A stretch of 54,100 bases of DNA, counting the filler, from Sphacelaria rigidula (lineage: Eukaryota): NCBI GenBank assembly GCA_964200075.2. It is 5 parts of 5 records of this genome, joined end to end, with 100 filler letters (N's around TTAATTAATTAA, not from the genome) between each part and the next. Parts side by side here need not be neighbours in the genome. Positions count along the whole stretch, not along the records: positions 21,682 to 32,421 come from CAXNAA020005997.1; positions 32,522 to 43,261 come from CAXNAA020005998.1; 3 more parts are not named here. One strand, written 5' to 3'. The translations under genes and the position numbers were made by a program. Shown here in pieces: positions 21,887 to 34,835 of the stretch. Under the pieces are notes generated by a model. The model did no database searches and was not told where the DNA came from. It saw nothing but the letters and a program-made list of their open reading frames with translations. How positions within the stretch are numbered: position 1 is the first letter of the stretch; every line of letters begins with the position of its first letter.

Positions 21887-22241
21887 TCCTTAGACCGCGA
21901 ACGTGGTCCATCTGGACTATGCATACTTTTTCTCAAGTGAAATTGATGCCGATTTAGCAGGTGACCCTTGGACGACGAGAGTGGGTCATCTCTTGAATGG
22001 GCATCAATATTCACTTGAGAAAATGATTCGTGGTCCAGATAGACTACCCCCGTGGTCTAAGGGTTGACCCTTACACGGCGAAAGTAGGTCATCTGTTGAA
22101 TCGGCATCAATTTCACCCAGAAGAAGTATGCATGATCCGGATGGACTACCCTCGCAATATATGAGTATATGGATAATGCATCCCTTTCTCAAGTGAAATT
22201 GATGCCGATTCAGCAGATGACCTACCTTCGCCGTCGAAGGG
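21887..22241. mobile_element. Cluster of about four piggyBac-like mini-MITE units in mixed orientation
   Basis: Repeated CCCTT.gac.gcga ... tcgc.gtc.AAGGG ends at TTGA/TTAA-like junctions. Recurrent gaatcggcatcaattt / aaattgatgccgatt core. Confidence 0.82.
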
Positions 22242-22260
22242 TAAACCAGCTGCACTGCGT

Positions 22261-22620
22261 GCCGGTCGCCCCGGCGGCTCAGTTGATAACCTCGAAGCCT
22301 TCTGACGGTTGGGTCTTGGATTCAAATCTTGGAGCGATCTGGAATTTTTTTCTCACACTATGCCCAACAGTACGTGGAGAGCGACTATATCGTGGGTACA
22401 CCAAATTCGACTGAACGGTCGACGAGGGAAATGGGACTGCTGAACCCCTGTCGCAACAACAAATAAAGGCAAGCACCGCAGAAGGAAGTTGAAGTACTAA
22501 GGAAAAAAAAACCTGTGTAGACCTTCCTCTTGTGTGACCCAGGCTAATGCGCCTACGTATACCGAAAGGTGTAGACCGGCGTGCAGAATAGATGGGACGA
22601 CGAACACACAACACACACAT
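22261..22620 (+). mobile_element. Full-length tRNA-derived SINE (~360 bp) with CA-rich tail
   Basis: Head ggtcgccccgg...ggagcgatc with A-box-like GGCTCAGTTGA and B-box-like GATTCAAATC. Flanks cactgcgt / cattgcgt are TSD-like. Homologous to 34449-34835. Confidence 0.85.
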
Positions 22621-23160
22621 TGCGTACCAGCTACCGCATTTTTTTAGGGGGGCTTGTCGCTCCAGTCTGTGTGTCAGTCTGTGTGTCAATGTCCCGTGCA
22701 TCTGCATGTACCATATACGAAGTGTCCTCGAATCCTACAGTCAGAACGGTGTAGAACCACAGACAGAACCGACAACACTGCTGTGAAATTTGAAGCTGCC
22801 TCCCTACCCGCTTACAAATGACGGTATACCTCGTACTGCGTTCGCAAAGTACAGCCAGTACTTAACAATGTTTTCCTGAGATTGAGAATAGAGCGCTGAT
22901 TGAGAGTGGCTTCTATCATCTCGCTTCAACTTGACCAGTTTTTCATGCTGTGTGTGCTTTTCTTTGTATCACTGGCGTGTGCTTACGGCTACATGTCGAT
23001 ATCCTACTCGGAGATATCAGTGCTTCAGTGGCAAGCCACTACAGAAAGCGTGTCGGGTCTCGTAGAGGGGCATTTCGGAACTGAAACTATTTATTCATTG
23101 ATAGAACGCTTCCCACTCTCAATAGCATCCTCTACTCTCAATTTCACGAAAACATTGTTA

Positions 23161-23161
23161 C

Positions 23162-23204
<43 letters not shown>

Positions 23205-23330
23205 CTTCACATTAAAAACCGTTCCGATATCTGCGCGGTACCTTCGTACTGGGCATCATCTGATGCGGACGCCTTCCGTGGTCACAAGATATCTAAATAT
23301 CTATAATGAGGTATGGGGAAATAAAACAAA
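23161..23330 (-). mobile_element. Non-LTR 3'-end fragment with (AAC)n tail
   Basis: (GTT)n run next to the conserved GTGACCACGG...AATGTGA motif on the minus strand. Confidence 0.6.
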
Positions 23331-25149
23331 ACCAAAAAACCAAAATAGACCTAGATTAAAACTCACAAAACGCGATACAAGCAAAACAGGGATAAATAAT
23401 GAAAAGAAGAAAGACTTGTACGAAAGTATTTTGTATTTTTCAAAGTACTACACTACTACTATCGCCATCATCCATCACTCAGGGCGGTACTTCCCCCCCC
23501 CCCCTCTTACCAAGCTCCTACCTGAGAGTGAGGTTTTGGCGACGTGGGGGGCCCTGGTGCTGTGACTTCCTGATGGGATACCTTGTGTTGCTTATTATTA
23601 GGGTCAGAAAATCCGACAGGTGCAGACAAGAAGGACGGACTCTTTCGGGGTGTTTTCCGCGCCACGCCACTGTTGGAAGGGTCGCGTCCTGTGACATACA
23701 ACTGGCGAAAAATTAGATGCGCACCCGGGTGCACCATCAGCACCCTCGGATAATGGCAAAACACATGCGGCTGGCCTGTGCCGCATGACCACCCCGACCG
23801 TGGTGACTTGGATCACACTTTCAATCGGAGCCAGCACAAACAACGCAGAATATAGTCAGCAGTACGACAGTAACATGATGTCGCACTCTCTCTTATCTCT
23901 CACTGCCCGTCGCGTGGTCGCGTCTGCGTGACTTCCCACTGCCAGTTTGAACACGAAAAAATGATCTGCGTTGTTTATTTCAAAGCTCAAATTTTTCTGC
24001 TCGCTAACTTCCCATCTACGCATGATGCACACGACAAAGTATGAGGGGAGAAGAGCTGCCGCTCTGTGTACCCAGAGAGGTCCAGAAAACCCAAGGTAGA
24101 GAGAGTGGCATGTACGGGAACAGGCAATATTATGGCGACTCTATTATGTGCTTATGTTTGGTAGCTGTGTTGAGTCTACCGGTACCGCCATCTATGTGCA
24201 CCATACCGTCTCTACAGCAAAATGAGCGATAACCTACAGACAAAAGGATACATTATCAATGAAGGTATGAAAGCCCAACTACAACACAGGATTGTACAAT
24301 GCTTTACAGACAGTACAGTGCAGTGTCTTCCTCTTCTCTTTCCCTCTCCCGCGGTGTTCCTCCCTTCGTCTACGGGCATCACTGAAGGATCACATTCCAC
24401 CAACCCCCCGGGTAGCGTGACTCCTTTCTGCGATCATCTTTCAATTTCAACCTCTTGATCGCCAGGGTGGGCATTTCTGAAGTGAAAATTATCCCCGCGA
24501 AAGAGAAGACCCACCAGCGTGGGTACTGCTAGCTAGCTTCATCTGAACCCCCTTGGAGTAGATTTTGTCATTTTGTCTCGCCAGTCATTATCCAGAGGTT
24601 GGAGCTTGGTTCCCGCGCACACTTGCACGGTCAGGCCGAATCAAATCGTGATTAAACTCATGTTCATCATTTCAACGAATAAATCCTACAATTCGTACAT
24701 CATTTGTAATTTACACAGATTTTGAGCTCTTGAGTCGTGCAGTACACCGTCAACGGTACCTGTTTCCTACCTTCCGACAAACGCGGTAAATCAGGGGCAC
24801 ATGTTCATCCCCTGTTAAAAAAAGCGGAATGAATCGATTGTACATGCTACCCACACTTACAATAAGGCGTGAGTAGCATGTACATCTATGCCATGCGTAT
24901 GACTCGTGCGGGACGAAAAGTCGGCACATCGTTGAATCCTCTCATCTCATGGGCCTTGCATCAGGCGTACTTTTTCCCCAATCTGTGTGCGGTTGAGATG
25001 ACTGCACTGCACACGTTTTCACCGCCGGGTGCATGCCGGACTTACAATTTATACAGATTGAATCCTGTCATTTCATGAGGAGTCAACTCGTATAAATCGT
25101 GATTTGTCCTTATCTGTGCATACTTGCCGCAGCTGTTTCTCAGGATATT

Positions 25150-25281
25150 TTTCCTAGACTTCAGCGAGTATTTTAGATTTATTTTTTTCTTGGGCACGTC
25201 TATCATGTGACCACGACTGAACCCCTGGGGGTTCAGTCAAGTGCGACAGTCAACCAACCAATCAGTCGATTGATCAATCAA
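25150..25281 (+). mobile_element. RTE LINE 3'-end fragment with degenerate (CAAT)n tail
   Basis: cacgtctatcatgtgaccacgactgaacccctgggggttcagtcaagtgcgacagtcaacc matches 5311-5387. Confidence 0.85.
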
Positions 25282-25338
25282 GACCCCCCCCCCCCCCCCA
25301 CCATCTCCTCCCCGGCCCCTCCACTGTTCTCCCGACAG

Positions 25339-26044
25339 CCCCGAGACGGCTTCCGCAGCGAGTGCCTGGGGCAACGGTGCTCCCTCGCAACTCCGCGCGT
25401 GGAACAATGGCAATAACAACAACACGCCCGGCACGAACTCAACAGCAGCGAACACGGCAATGTCAGCAGCAGCAGCAGCAGCAGCGGCGGCGGCAGCAGG
25501 GACACCTTTGACAACAACAACGGCGATGCTCTCCGTACCGCTCGAAAGATCATCGTCGACATCATGTTCTCCGTCAGCACAAATGCAGCAACAGTTACAG
25601 CAACACGATCAACAACAAGAACAACAGCAGCAGCGGCAGCACGTCCGAGCGCGTTGCCCCGGCGGCAACGAATCGGCCGCACCCGGCGGTCCTGCAGCCG
25701 CTCCATTTCAAGGCGGCACTGTGTTGGGCGGCAGGGGCGGCGGCTGCGGCGGCTCAGACGGCATGATGGGAGCATGTTCAAATCTTTCCTTTTTCTCGTT
25801 CGGCGGTGTAGGCGGCGGCAGCGTGAGCAGCGGTAGTTGTTCGGGGGCGGGCGCAGGGGGTGCAAGGGCGTTAGCGCCGCGGGCTTCGTCTGCTCCGGCA
25901 GCGGGCGGTGGCGGCGGGGGAGGTTTGTCCGGGTTGGGGGCTACGAGCGGTGGTGGTTCGATTATTCTGCCGGGGCTTGGGTTTCTGGAGGAGTCGGCCG
26001 GGGCCGGTAGTCGCCTGGGCTACGAGCATGACTTTGACGACGAG
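25339..26044 (+). CDS. Penultimate exon of a SAM-domain protein gene (low-complexity A/Q/N/G/S-rich region)
   Basis: Pyrimidine tract plus CAG acceptor at 25336-25338. Open frame PETASAASAWGNG...GYEHDFDDE. Donor GAG|GTGAGA in phase 0 matches the next exon. Confidence 0.75.
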
Positions 26045-26617
26045 GTGAGAGGGGAAGGAAGGAAGGAAGGAAGGTGCCGTTGAGCTGACGGTTTCGTACG
26101 ACAGAATGCCGTGGGGTCCGATGTGGACAGACCATATTTTGGGGGATTTTAAGACCGTCCTGTATTATAGTGCATTTTTTTTTCTCAAGTCGCTCCTTTT
26201 TCCCTGTCATCATTTATTATTTATTGTATTTTATTTTAAGTTGGCCCCTTTTATCGAGACGCGTCTACGACCTCGAAGGATCGTTTCATCTGTCCCCCGT
26301 TAAGTGTCTAAACAGTTTGGTATCAAGGATTGGGTTTGACTGGCACTCCTGCATCCCGCCAACCCTCGTTGAGTTTTCTTTTTTGCCACTCGGGGTCCTC
26401 TCAATCAACAAAAACAACGGGAAGTAGATCATGCTTAAGAAGACCGTGACTGTCGGAATTGGAATTCGCCAACACAACCATAACTTGCCAATGTTGAATC
26501 ATTTTTGTCTATACCATGGGGAGGCGCGCGAACAAAGTTTGGGCTTTTATTCGACATGAATTACTTGACATGTGACGATACCACACATAGGTTTCATCTA
26601 CGCCCGGATCACGCGCG

Positions 26618-26650
<33 letters not shown>

Positions 26651-26857
26651 GGACCGCACACGTATCACTAGGCTTCTACTTATTATGCTAGTACAGGGTC
26701 TGTGTGTGTGACCCATTATTAATTTCAAGATGAACATTTTTTTCGGACCCCGTACTAGCATAACACCAGGTAAGTAGAGGTTTACGTATCGCACACACGT
26801 ATCACACGCACATGTAGAATAAAATACGTGACTTGAGATGGATATGTGGTACAAACA

Positions 26858-27441
26858 CGAGCTGGGCCAGCCTGAAAACGGGCGTTTCTCTTGCCGTCGG
26901 TGACTTTTCAAGTTCAACGAGTTAACCAGGTATAGGTATATCGCTGTGAAGTGCAGGCCAACCTGGTGATGCACGCTCTATACCGCCAAATAAAAAAATA
27001 AAAGGGGAAATGTACTGCGTAATACATGACGTCAACAACGGAAACAGATTTGAAAAAGAAAAATGTATACGCCGGAATCCAAAATTGTGACCTTCCCCCG
27101 TAGTGGAAATCTGTTTCAGCTTATCAGCCAGACAACGGGGTGCAACGATGTCGCACAAAAAGTGGAACGCATGGCCAAATTTGAGGGAGTTTTGAGCTGA
27201 AACTTGACACGTACGTTCACATACGCAAAAAGGTATTGTTTTTATCCAAAAATATTTACAATAGATACTTGATTGAGTAATGACATCTCAAAGTTTTGTC
27301 AGAATCTTGATCTGGCTCTAGTTTTATTTTATTCTGTATTTTGGCGATAGGTTTTTACGTGTGGATGATGTAGAACCTTTCTGTCAATATTTCAGTTTGT
27401 ATCTCGTAAAAACGAGCCGTGCTTGTAGCTTGCCCAGCTCG
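26858..27441. mobile_element. Tc1/mariner-like non-autonomous element inside the SAM-gene intron
   Basis: TIRs cgagctgggccagc / gcttgcccagctcg. Flanks CA / TA. Confidence 0.7.
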
Positions 27442-27573
27442 TAGATCCATCCGCACATTGCGACAGCACCCGTAACGCACACCGCCGCCCTCTTCTTCCG
27501 GCTCACGTCACTTACGTCTCCCTCCCCACTCAGCGCTCAAACCAAAACCTGCATTTTACTCTTGTCACCACAG

Positions 27574-27927
27574 AGGCGCGCTAGTAGCTGCGGCTCCGGC
27601 GAAATTGGCGGCCAGGAAGCGCTAGGGTTCCCGACACACAGTCGCCGACCGGGCAGCGTCGGGAGCATTGGGGTTGGCAGCGGGAGCGGTGGTGGGGCGG
27701 TCTCGACCGGCGCGGGTAGCGGCGGTGGTGAAGGAAGCGGATGCCGCTTGGAGGGCACTATTGAGGAGCTGCTGGAGGAGTTGGGGCTCTCCAAGTACTT
27801 GCCGGTGTTTCAGAGCGCCGAGGTCGATTTGTCCACGCTGTGCATCATGTCCGAAAATGATTTTCGCGAGCTGGGCATTCTTAAAGGCCCCCGCGTGAAG
27901 ATCATGCACCATATTGGATCACGTTGA
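27574..27927 (+). CDS. Terminal exon encoding a sterile alpha motif (SAM) domain
   Basis: CAG acceptor at 27571-27573, phase 0. TIEELLEELGLSKYLPVFQSAEVDLSTLCIMSENDFRELGILKGPRVKIMHHI fits the SAM consensus (LGL..Y...F....ID...L..L...DL.ELGI..GPR.KI). Ends in TGA. Confidence 0.9.
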   Translation, partial: RRASSCGSGEIGGQEALGFPTHSRRPGSVGSIGVGSGSGGGAVSTGAGSGGGEGSGCRLEGTIEELLEELGLSKYLPVFQSAEVDLSTLCIMSENDFRELGILKGPRVKIMHHIGSR

Positions 27928-30900
27928 GGCGATGATCAAGTCACGAACGGATTCGTTGATTGATTGGGTGGGTGGGTGGNNNNNNNNNACATTATGTAAC
28001 ATAGTGGGTAGGGGGGAGTAAAGCATCAAGTGGTTTTGTGGTTGGTTGGGGGGGGGGGTGGGTGTGTGAGTCATTGGTTGATTGATGAATAAAATCTAAT
28101 TAGTTAATTGATTAATTAATTACTCAGTCATCAAGAGCTGAAGAAAAACTGTTGGCGAAGTAAGAGAAGGGGGAAATAACAGAAAGGGAGAGTAATTTTT
28201 GTTTGCTGGGAAATAAATCCAACGCAAAAAACGGAGCCGATTGTGGGTTTGTGGTGGTGGCCTCTGTTTTCTTGCCTTTCCTCCATCCACAAGAAACAAC
28301 AGCGTGACGTGGATTGTTGTTCGTGGTAAAAAAAAAAAAAAGAGCGAAGATTGATTGATCATCACAAGAGTTTTCAGAACAAGGGCTACTCGCTTTTACA
28401 TGAACTCGTTGTATACCACCCACCATATCGTATTGCCGGACCGGACCGGATATTTTTGGTCGGTGGTTTCCCCTCTCCGACTCCTACCTTTTTCTGTAGG
28501 CCCCGTTGTACATGGTCGTCGTTGGCAAAGCCTTCCTCGCTGAGTCTTTTTTCACAGGCAGATCTCAACCCAGAATAGCTGTGGAAATGAAGATGGCCTA
28601 TGTAACTCTATCCCTCTCCTCTTCCTCTCCTTGAGCTAGTCGGGCCCTGGTGTCGTACGGCGTAGCGTCCTTGCAGGAGGAGTTTTAATGCTAGGTGGAA
28701 TCTCGAGGCGTCCTTGGGGCGGGGCGGGGGGGGGAGGGGGGATGAGCTAGCCTATCACTTAAGCCTTTGTAAGAGATGCGCTTTGAATCTTTTGCTGACT
28801 TTTTCATGTCTCGGGGGTGGAGATGGGGGGTATGGGAAAGATGGGCTCGTTTCGAGTGAGGGCCCTCGGTACTCTGAACCCGAGAAATCGGTACGTTGTG
28901 TTAATTTGGAAGTTCGGCTATTATTGTTGTTGCTGCTTGTTGTTGGCGAATGACACGAGAAAAAACGTGACACGAACGGCTGTTATTTGAACCCTGGTTC
29001 GCTTTAGTACTCTTGGACCTACGTACCCCTAATCATGTGCATGGGGTGGGGGGGGGCGGGGGGTGGCTTCACCAAAAGTCTGCGGCGGCGAGACTCGATC
29101 CCAGCGTTGAAAACTGAAGACTGGAGTCCAACCGGCTCTCGCGTGTTTATGCTTCAAGCGCGGGGGAGAGGGGGGGGGGGATTCATTGAAGATTTATCTT
29201 CCCCCCGCGTTTACGCGGTGGTGGTATTTGGTGGCTTGACTAAGGTGAACACGGATGCTGCTGCTGTCGTGCTTATTTTGCGAAATTTTGCTGTCCCAAG
29301 TTTGTCGGCTGGGTTGGTAATGATGGCCCTTGTTCTTTGTTGTTGTTGCTGTTGCTGTTGCTGCTGCACCCTTCTCTTTTTCTTTCCCACTTGTTGGTGT
29401 ATATGCACATGTGCAACATGTGCATGTGTACTATCTTAGTAACAATAAGAGGACGACTTTTCAAGGGAACTGGAAGGGCAAATAGGGAGATGGATCGAGC
29501 ATTTGAACGGCCGCTCATGAAGTAGAGATCCCCACCCCCCACCCTCATATTTGGGCGGTTTTTATGCTGAGTGGTGCGTGTAGCTCCGTTTGCATGCTAG
29601 CCAGCACCTGTATCGTGCCTACGCTCTCTCGTATATACATGGCCCTCGTTAGGTTGGGTTGTTCGACTGTGGTTTTGCGATGTTCGGTTGCTCTTAGGTT
29701 GTTTGTTTGGCGTTGACGACGTCTTTTCTTTTTCTTGAATGCCAGTTGCTGCTGTTGCTGCTGCTGCTTTTGTTGTTGTAGTTGGTTGTCGTTGTTGTTT
29801 TTGGGAGGGCCACCGATGGCGCTGCTTCGAGTATTCTTCGCGCGTGTGGTGCGGGCGCGTTTGTGTCGTGTAGGCTCCCTTTTGCAGGTTCCTAACCGCA
29901 GAACAAAACATGAACGGCTTGCTCGATCGTTGTTTGGAGGCCTTCCGAGAGGGGGGCACGAAAATCATCTTCGGTGTGTCTGCAGTATAAGACTGACGGC
30001 TCTTCTCCCATTCATTTTCCGCGGATGTTTGCGGAGAGAGGAAGAATAGAGGAGAGCCAGTCAGCAATCGGCAGTTGCCTATGCTGTGGAATGACTCTCT
30101 TTGCGGTGCCTGGTACATCTGTGTCACCCCCATCTCTCGTCTTCAAGGTGAGAGGTGGGGGATGTCATGATGGCTGTGTGTGGGTGGGGATCTCGGCGAT
30201 TGGTGCGTTCGGTTAACGTACTGGCGCGGTCGGCATTCAGTCTGCGCTCTTTGAAACGTTGCTCAGATACGCACACAATTTTTTTTATCTCTACCCCCAC
30301 GCGCGGAAAATTAGTTTGGAAAATGACAAACTGACGACCGTACTATGCCTTTGCTGGTCGGGATGGGCCAGGGAGTGGAGGGAGTATACGAGGACACGGC
30401 AAAAGCTGTAGTGTGTGACACCCCTAAATGTACGTAGTAGTCAACTAACTGTGGAAGCCAGACGTACCGCACGTGTTTTTTTGTCAATTCGGGGAAGATA
30501 TAAGTATGTACAGTGAAGGGAGATCCGGCTACAGTGCGGTCGGTCCCTTCAAAGTGCGGTGTCCCACCATGCCGTTGAAATTGCTTCACACAAGTCTGAT
30601 CCACGATCCAGTTTTGGAGCGGTTGTGTTGTGTCAGTACAGTTTTCGTTTGTTTTTCTACTGTTGCTGCTGATGCCGTCTTCTCTTTGTCCTTCACCTAC
30701 TCATCATGGTACTGTAGCTGCTTTTTGTTGTTCGACGGGGGAGGGGGGCAGGGCAGGCTGTTGAAAAAAAACTAAGTTTTACAAGTTAGTGGTGGCGTTC
30801 TATCATCATGCACGTGCGCTTACCTTATGCCCCGGGGGTAAGAGGCAATTTAGTTGTTTTTTTATGGGAAGGATGAGAGCGATGGGGGGAGGGTCTCTGC

Positions 30901-32421
30901 GTCGTTTTTTGCGTCCAAATGAACAAACAAACGCGTTGACTTTCACTTTGGTCGAGAGATGGTGTGTCTTCGTGTCTGGGTTTCGCGTCTTGCGTGTATC
31001 TCGTGTGCGCAGTCGATGTGGATGCGGGCAGCGAGCGCGGAAATGTACAAGCAAAAAATCCAAAGGGGGCAGTAAACCCGATACGCCGTAAACACTGGTG
31101 GTCTTTTTTACGGAGTGTTTTTTTGTCCGTTCTTTTCTTGGGGGGAGCCGTCGTGGGCTCTTGATGAGATGAGCATCAACGCGTGTGTGAGGATGGGGGG
31201 GAGGGCACGCGTGTCTAGTGCAGTCGAGGAGGAGGGGTGGCGAGGGAGATGGTACTCTGTTTCATTTTTCGCTTGGGCACGTGCACGGATGGGTGCGGGG
31301 GGAGGGGGTTGTTTTTTGCTATGTCCCCCGCAAAGATGTGAGAAACATATGTGTGCGTGTGTTTTTTTTTCGCATTGTTCTAACTGCTGAGTGTGGTGCA
31401 TGGGGTAACCCGTAGAGAAAAACAAGGCTAGTCGTGCGTGATTGATTGGGTTGACGGGCATTCAAGGTACAACTCAGCAGTGCAGTAGGACGAGAGCATC
31501 CCCTTGGTGTGAGGGGCGGACTCGTCGGAAACGAACGGGCATGATTGGGCGTTTTTGCCCTTGTGCTTTTTGCTCTGCTTGTTGTTTATTGCTCGTGTCT
31601 TGAGTTCTTTTTTTCTCCCACATTTTGTATTGTAAGGAGCATGTACACTATCATAGTAGTAGGTGGAGCGGGTTGCAAGACGTGGCAGGGTATGCTGCGA
31701 GAGAAAGGTAGGTGTAGCTGTTGGTGAAAATTTTCGTTAGCTTCATTTTACTGTGATAGCGGTACACAATACCCCCTCCCCCCCCCCCCCCCCCCCCCCC
31801 CCTTCTCACCCCCCCTCCCCCACACCCCGCCACTCGATTGGCGCAACCCACCCCGCGACGCCGCACGAACCTCCGCGCTCTTCTCACGCCAGTGCCTGCA
31901 AAAGCGGCCTTTCGATTGAGACAACCATGCGCGGCACCCAGGAGGACCATCCCGATTTTGACATTTGCTGAAGTTTGCTTTTTGCGACCCTTGTGGATGG
32001 TCGGTTCGTCGGTGGCAACGGCAAGCATCACGGCCGTGGGCCTCCACTATAAATGGAGATCATGTGTTGTTTCGGTGTTGTGGGGTGAGGGGTGCACGGG
32101 AACGTTTTTGGGATAAAACGAAGAAAAAACGATCACGTTTCTTGTTCGGCGTTGGTGTGGTTCCTATTGTTAATCGTTAGTGTGTTCTTCGTCCCGTTTT
32201 TTTTTTTTCTTACGACGTGGTTTTTCTTTGTAATCATGATCCGCGGGGCCTGTCTTTTTTTTCTTGTCATGGGGAGTAAGTACACGTATGTATGTGATAC
32301 GTGTACGTACCGTTTTTTGGATTATTTTGATTTTTTTTTTTTTTTTTTTTTTTCGTATAAACTTTTAGGTGGTGGATAGGGGTTGGGGTGTGGGGGTGAC
32401 GACAAAAAAGACTTTCTGAGG
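27928..32421 (+). other. Probable long 3' UTR or downstream non-coding tract
   Basis: G/T-skewed, microsatellite-rich, nearly TE-free sequence with no credible ORF, directly after the SAM stop codon. Confidence 0.45.
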
Positions 32422-32521
32422 NNNNNNNNNNNNNNNNNNNNNNNNNNNNNNNNNNNNNNNNNNNNTTAATTAATTAANNNNNNNNNNNNNNNNNNNNNNN
32501 NNNNNNNNNNNNNNNNNNNNN
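32422..32521. other. Artificial contig linker
   Basis: N44-TTAATTAATTAA-N44. Confidence 0.98.
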
Positions 32522-32600
32522 TTACTATTATTATTATTATTACTATTATTATGTTCGTCACATTTGCTCGATCTCTCGAACCCGTGGTCACAGAGTACAA
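32522..32600 (-). mobile_element. Non-LTR 3'-end fragment with (AAT)n tail
   Basis: Minus strand reads tgtgaccacgg-gttcga gaga tcgagc-aaatgtga-cgaacataataat. Confidence 0.6.
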
Positions 32601-34448
32601 GTAGCATACCCTATGTGGCTCTAATGCCCCTTGATCTCCTACGTAGTACTTCACCGCCTTCTACCGACTCTGATAGCTTATACCTGCGAGAAAAACCGTG
32701 ATATTTTTCCTCCGAAAGAGGGGAGTGATATTACGCTAAAATGCGCTGAGAAAGTGTATACAGTACTCTGATCATGGGCATTATGCCGAGAAAAATAGTC
32801 ATAGCCATACTCACTGTAGGCGTGGGGAAAACACTGTTTTGGGCTTTAACATCACTCTTGTCGACGATCTCATGTATAGAATCGGCTGTTATTAAGATGG
32901 CAGTCGCGGCACGTTGACATCACGACCCATCCCTGCAGGCTGTGTTCACGTCACGCGCCGCTGACACAAAGACACAGGCTTCATACATCAGCTGCCTAAT
33001 CAATGCATGGACTGGCGCAAGGACACAGTTGATTGCATCATCCGCTACGTGTGTGCTCGGACAGTCCAACATGACAGCAAGCAGTAAAATGGCACACCCC
33101 TCCAGACTGCAAATCACAGGCATTGCAATCCACAGGGACTGCAAGTGGTGCGAGACGTGTTGCAGCCTGTAGCCAAATGATACCAAGCCGAAGGGTTTCA
33201 GTATAATCGCATGCATGATTGGAGCAGTGGCAGAGGACAGGAGATCCTGGATTGATGACCTTTTTCTATGTGGCCTCTTGCTGTCTGGCTCGTGATCTGT
33301 TGAGGATCACTGCGAGGTAATAACAAGTTAGAAGAAATGACTTGTCAAGCCTGAGTCCAGTGATACTGGAGGAGTCCCTTGTTGATAGTCCTCTTGTCCA
33401 GATCGTCTGGCAGAGGCTGCAAGCCCTAAGGCGACCTTGTTGGCGTGCATGATCAGCCTCCGTGTTGTTCAATCAACGTGCCCTGAAGGTGTCCATGTCC
33501 AGTGCACTCCTTCGCTTTGTAGATATCAACACGCTACAGTACACTTGTGTGGATACTGACAGTACAGGACGGTATAGTCACTACAGCAGAAAGCACAGCA
33601 CAGTACTACAGTACCGTTATTCCCGTGAATGGGGCCCCGGGCACTATACATCGGGAAAGTGTACCGGCCAACTACACAGCCAGTTGAATGCAGAAGAAAT
33701 GAAACCTAAATGGGCCAATCAGTATCAATCACAAGTACACGCGTCACTCGAGATGCTGGTGGTGCTCATCTCATACCAAATGTACTATCACTATAGTACA
33801 TTCTAACACAAACCTGTGACTGACGTTGATGTACCTGTACACAGGGTTACAACAACAGGAGGATAGAAGCTACTGCTCGTGATGTTGTGCCCCTCTTGTT
33901 GCAGTATGTTGCTGTGCCTACCTTTCAAGGCAAATTTCTCGGCAACAAAACAGAGGATTGGACTGCGGTTTGATGCGTGCGCTTCCCACACACCAGAACT
34001 AGTCGGTGTGGCCACGGAATTCCGTAACGCGTGCCGCAGAGGCCGCAGGCAGCACTCTGCCAGCCGCTGCACCAAACACAAAATGTACTAAAAAACGCGT
34101 TTCCTTCAACGTTTTGGGGGCTTTCCGGATCCGCTGTGGCAAATTGAACAAATCCGCAGCTACTCTGACTAGGTGTAGTGTGTGTGCGGGGGGCTGTGAA
34201 GTGCCACAGGCCGGTTTGCTCCCTGCCTCGAGAAAAACGCGATGGAAGAATTACAGCTGTCGCATACTAAAACCTAGGTAACTTGGGATGGGGCGTATGT
34301 TCTATTCGGCAGAGGTTCGACCCAGGTCCGACCAGTCCATGACGTCTTCCTTATTCCTCATTATCCTCCCGCGTTTTTTTATTGTTTGTTGGACCACGGA
34401 TTCCGGGTCGCTAGAGCCCGCATTCACGGGCATAGCAATACATCGTAT

Positions 34449-34835
34449 TGTGTGTTGTGTTACGTTGTGTGTGTTGCGGGCTCATCTATTCTGGACGCCG
34501 GTCTGCACCTTTCGGTATGTGTTGGCGCACCAACCGGGGTCACACAGGAGGGAGGCCAGGCCAACACAGGAGTTTTTTTCTTTTTTGTTCGTTTTTAGTT
34601 TTTCGTTCTTCACCTTCCTTCTGCGGTGCTTGCCTTTATTCTTCATCGCGAGAGGGGCTCAGCAGTCCCTTTCCCTCGTCGACCATTAAGTCGAGTTTTG
34701 TGTATCCACGGCATGGTCGCTCGCTACTGTTGGGCATTGTGCGAGAAAAAACCCCAGGTCGCTCCGAGATTTGAACCCACGACCCAACCGTTAGAAGGTT
34801 TTGAGGTTACCCATTGAACCCCCGGAGCGACCGGC
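34449..34835 (-). mobile_element. Full-length tRNA-derived SINE
   Basis: The reverse complement starts gccggtcgctccgg...GGTTCAAATC...ggagcgacc (B box) and ends in a CA-rich tail. Colinear with 22261-22620. Confidence 0.87.

Noticed and set aside
22261-22345. Possible tRNA gene
   Set aside because: The cloverleaf is incomplete and it is the head of a dispersed ~360-bp SINE.
22900-23565. 221-aa ORF with a poly-Val 'transmembrane' stretch
   Set aside because: The poly-Val comes from a (GTT)n retroelement tail, and the ORF has no coherent protein features.
32900-33520. Coding-like composition
   Set aside because: Stops occur in all long frames and no motif was recognised. It is probably a decayed TE or gene fragment.
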